From an uncultured Gaiellales bacterium (GTDB taxonomy: Bacteria > Actinomycetota > Thermoleophilia > RBG-16-64-13): a DNA stretch of 53,063 nt. Each line of letters opens with the position of its first letter. The stretch's first letter is position 1. Below the pieces are notes generated by a model. That model ran no database searches. It had not been told where the DNA came from and worked only from the letters and a program-made list of their open reading frames with translations. Of the stretch, positions 51,388 through 53,063 are shown in pieces. The DNA lies in assembly GCA_964497095.1 (NCBI GenBank), contig CAZCCL010000005.1, positions 1-53,063 on the forward strand. Reading direction: 5' to 3'. The position numbers and the translations under genes are program-made.

Positions 51388-51858
51388 TTACCAGCGGTAG
51401 TGGGCAAAGGCCTTGTTGGCCTCGGCCATCCGCAGGAGGTCTTCCTTCTTCTTCATAGTGACGCCGGTACGGTTGTACCCGTCCAGCAACTCGCCGGCCA
51501 GACGCTCGGCCATGCTGTGCTCCCGCCGAGCCCGGCTGTGGGTGATGATCCACCGCACCGCGAGCGTGTACGAACGACGGGTGGGGACTTCGACCGGCAC
51601 CTGGTAGTTGGCGCCCCCGACCCGCCGGGACCGCACTTCGAGCGCCGGCCGCACGTTCTCGACCGCTTCCTTGAGGACGCCGGCGGGATCGTTGCCGGTG
51701 CGCTCGCGAAGTAGGTTCATCGCGTCGTACATGATGTGCTCGGACACCGACTTCTTGCCGTCGAGCATCATGCGATTGATCATCTGGGTGACCAGACGGC
51801 TTCTGTATACCGGGTCGGGCTGGATGTCCCGCTTGGCCGCTCTAGCTCTTCTTGCCAT
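51388..51858 (-). CDS. rpsG: 30S ribosomal protein S7
   Basis: 156-aa [37 protein letters not shown]. Confidence 0.98.
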   Translation of the reverse strand: MARRARAAKRDIQPDPVYRSRLVTQMINRMMLDGKKSVSEHIMYDAMNLLRERTGNDPAGVLKEAVENVRPALEVRSRRVGGANYQVPVEVPTRRSYTLAVRWIITHSRARREHSMAERLAGELLDGYNRTGVTMKKKEDLLRMAEANKAFAHYRW

Positions 51859-51880
51859 GACCGCGTGTGCCTTCCTGTGC

Positions 51881-52252
51881 CTAGCCGTTCAGTTTGACGC
51901 CGTACTTGGAGCGGCCTTGCCTGCGGTTGGCCACTCCGGCCGCGTCCAGAGCGGCCCGGATGATCTTGTAGCGCACGCCCGGGAGATCTTTCACCCTACC
52001 GCCGCGAATAAGGACGACGGAGTGCTCCTGGAGATTGTGTCCTATGCCCGGGATGTAGGCAGTTACTTCCATCCCGTTGACCAGCCGCACGCGCGCCACC
52101 TTCCTCAGGGCCGAGTTGGGCTTCTTGGGAGTGGTGGTGTAGACACGGGTGCAGACGCCCCGCTTCTGCGGCGCGCCTTTGAGGGCAGGGGTCTTGGTCC
52201 TCTTGGACTGCCTCTGTCGCCCTTTGCTGATCAACTGATTGATCGTCGGCAC
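51881..52252 (-). CDS. rpsL: 30S ribosomal protein S12
   Basis: GTG at 52252 (GAGGAG 5 nt upstream) gives (M)[48 protein letters not shown]. The longer ORF to 52375 is spurious. Confidence 0.97.
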   Translation of the reverse strand: MPTINQLISKGRQRQSKRTKTPALKGAPQKRGVCTRVYTTTPKKPNSALRKVARVRLVNGMEVTAYIPGIGHNLQEHSVVLIRGGRVKDLPGVRYKIIRAALDAAGVANRRQGRSKYGVKLNG

Positions 52253-52343
52253 AAATACTCCTCGTCTACTTCTCTTGCTGTGGTGTTCGCGGCCGCCTTG
52301 CAGGCATACGCGTACAGCGCGTCCGGCCGCGCAGCGGCCGCGA

Positions 52344-52372
52344 AGTATAGCAAAGCCTCCGAAGGCCTGCAA
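52344..52372 (-). promoter_or_regulatory. sigma-70-type promoter for the rpsL-rpsG-fusA-tuf operon (TTGCAG-N17-TATACT)
   Basis: On the minus strand, TTGCAG (52372-52367), a 17-nt spacer containing GCCUUCGGAGGC, then TATACT (52349-52344). It lies in the 135-nt gap between the rpoC stop and the rpsL start. Confidence 0.45.
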
Positions 52373-52387
52373 CAAGCCCTAGTTCGG

Positions 52388-53063
<676 letters not shown>

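Overview
High-GC bacterial core-genome window. Gene order resembles the Bacillus/Terrabacteria arrangement, and I cannot assign the taxon from sequence alone. Every CDS except one is on the minus strand. Read along the minus strand (high to low coordinates) the window contains:
- the rpoC 3' end;
- the str operon (rpsL-rpsG-fusA-tuf);
- the S10, spc and alpha ribosomal operons (rpsJ through rplQ, including secY, adk, map, infA, rpmJ and rpoA);
- truA;
- an apparent insertion: a TetR regulator plus the only plus-strand gene, a pyrogallol-hydroxytransferase-like molybdoenzyme;
- rplM-rpsI;
- an Orr-like racemase, glmS, an AcpS-Nnr fusion, a CBS protein, a small membrane protein and cca;
- rpmE, thyX, a DUF1385 protein, prfA and a PrmC-TsaC fusion;
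- glyA and a dCMP deaminase;
- a 434-bp non-coding gap;
- the complete F1Fo ATP synthase operon (atpI-like, B, E, F, H, A, G, D, C);
- murA, two tandem LCP paralogs, a degenerate PNP-fold protein and the 5' part of ahcY.

I found no rRNA, tRNA, CRISPR array or mobile element.

The most unusual items are:
1. an RpoA alpha-CTD-like helix-hairpin-helix domain fused to the C-terminus of RpoC;
2. a plus-strand element upstream of the atp operon with RNase P RNA specificity-domain motifs but no canonical catalytic core;
3. the TetR plus orphan molybdoenzyme module between truA and rplM;
4. two multi-domain fusions (PrmC-TsaC and AcpS-Nnr).

All calls rest on reading the translations and the sequence by eye. 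No database search was run. Start codons marked uncertain are my choices among ATG/GTG/TTG candidates.
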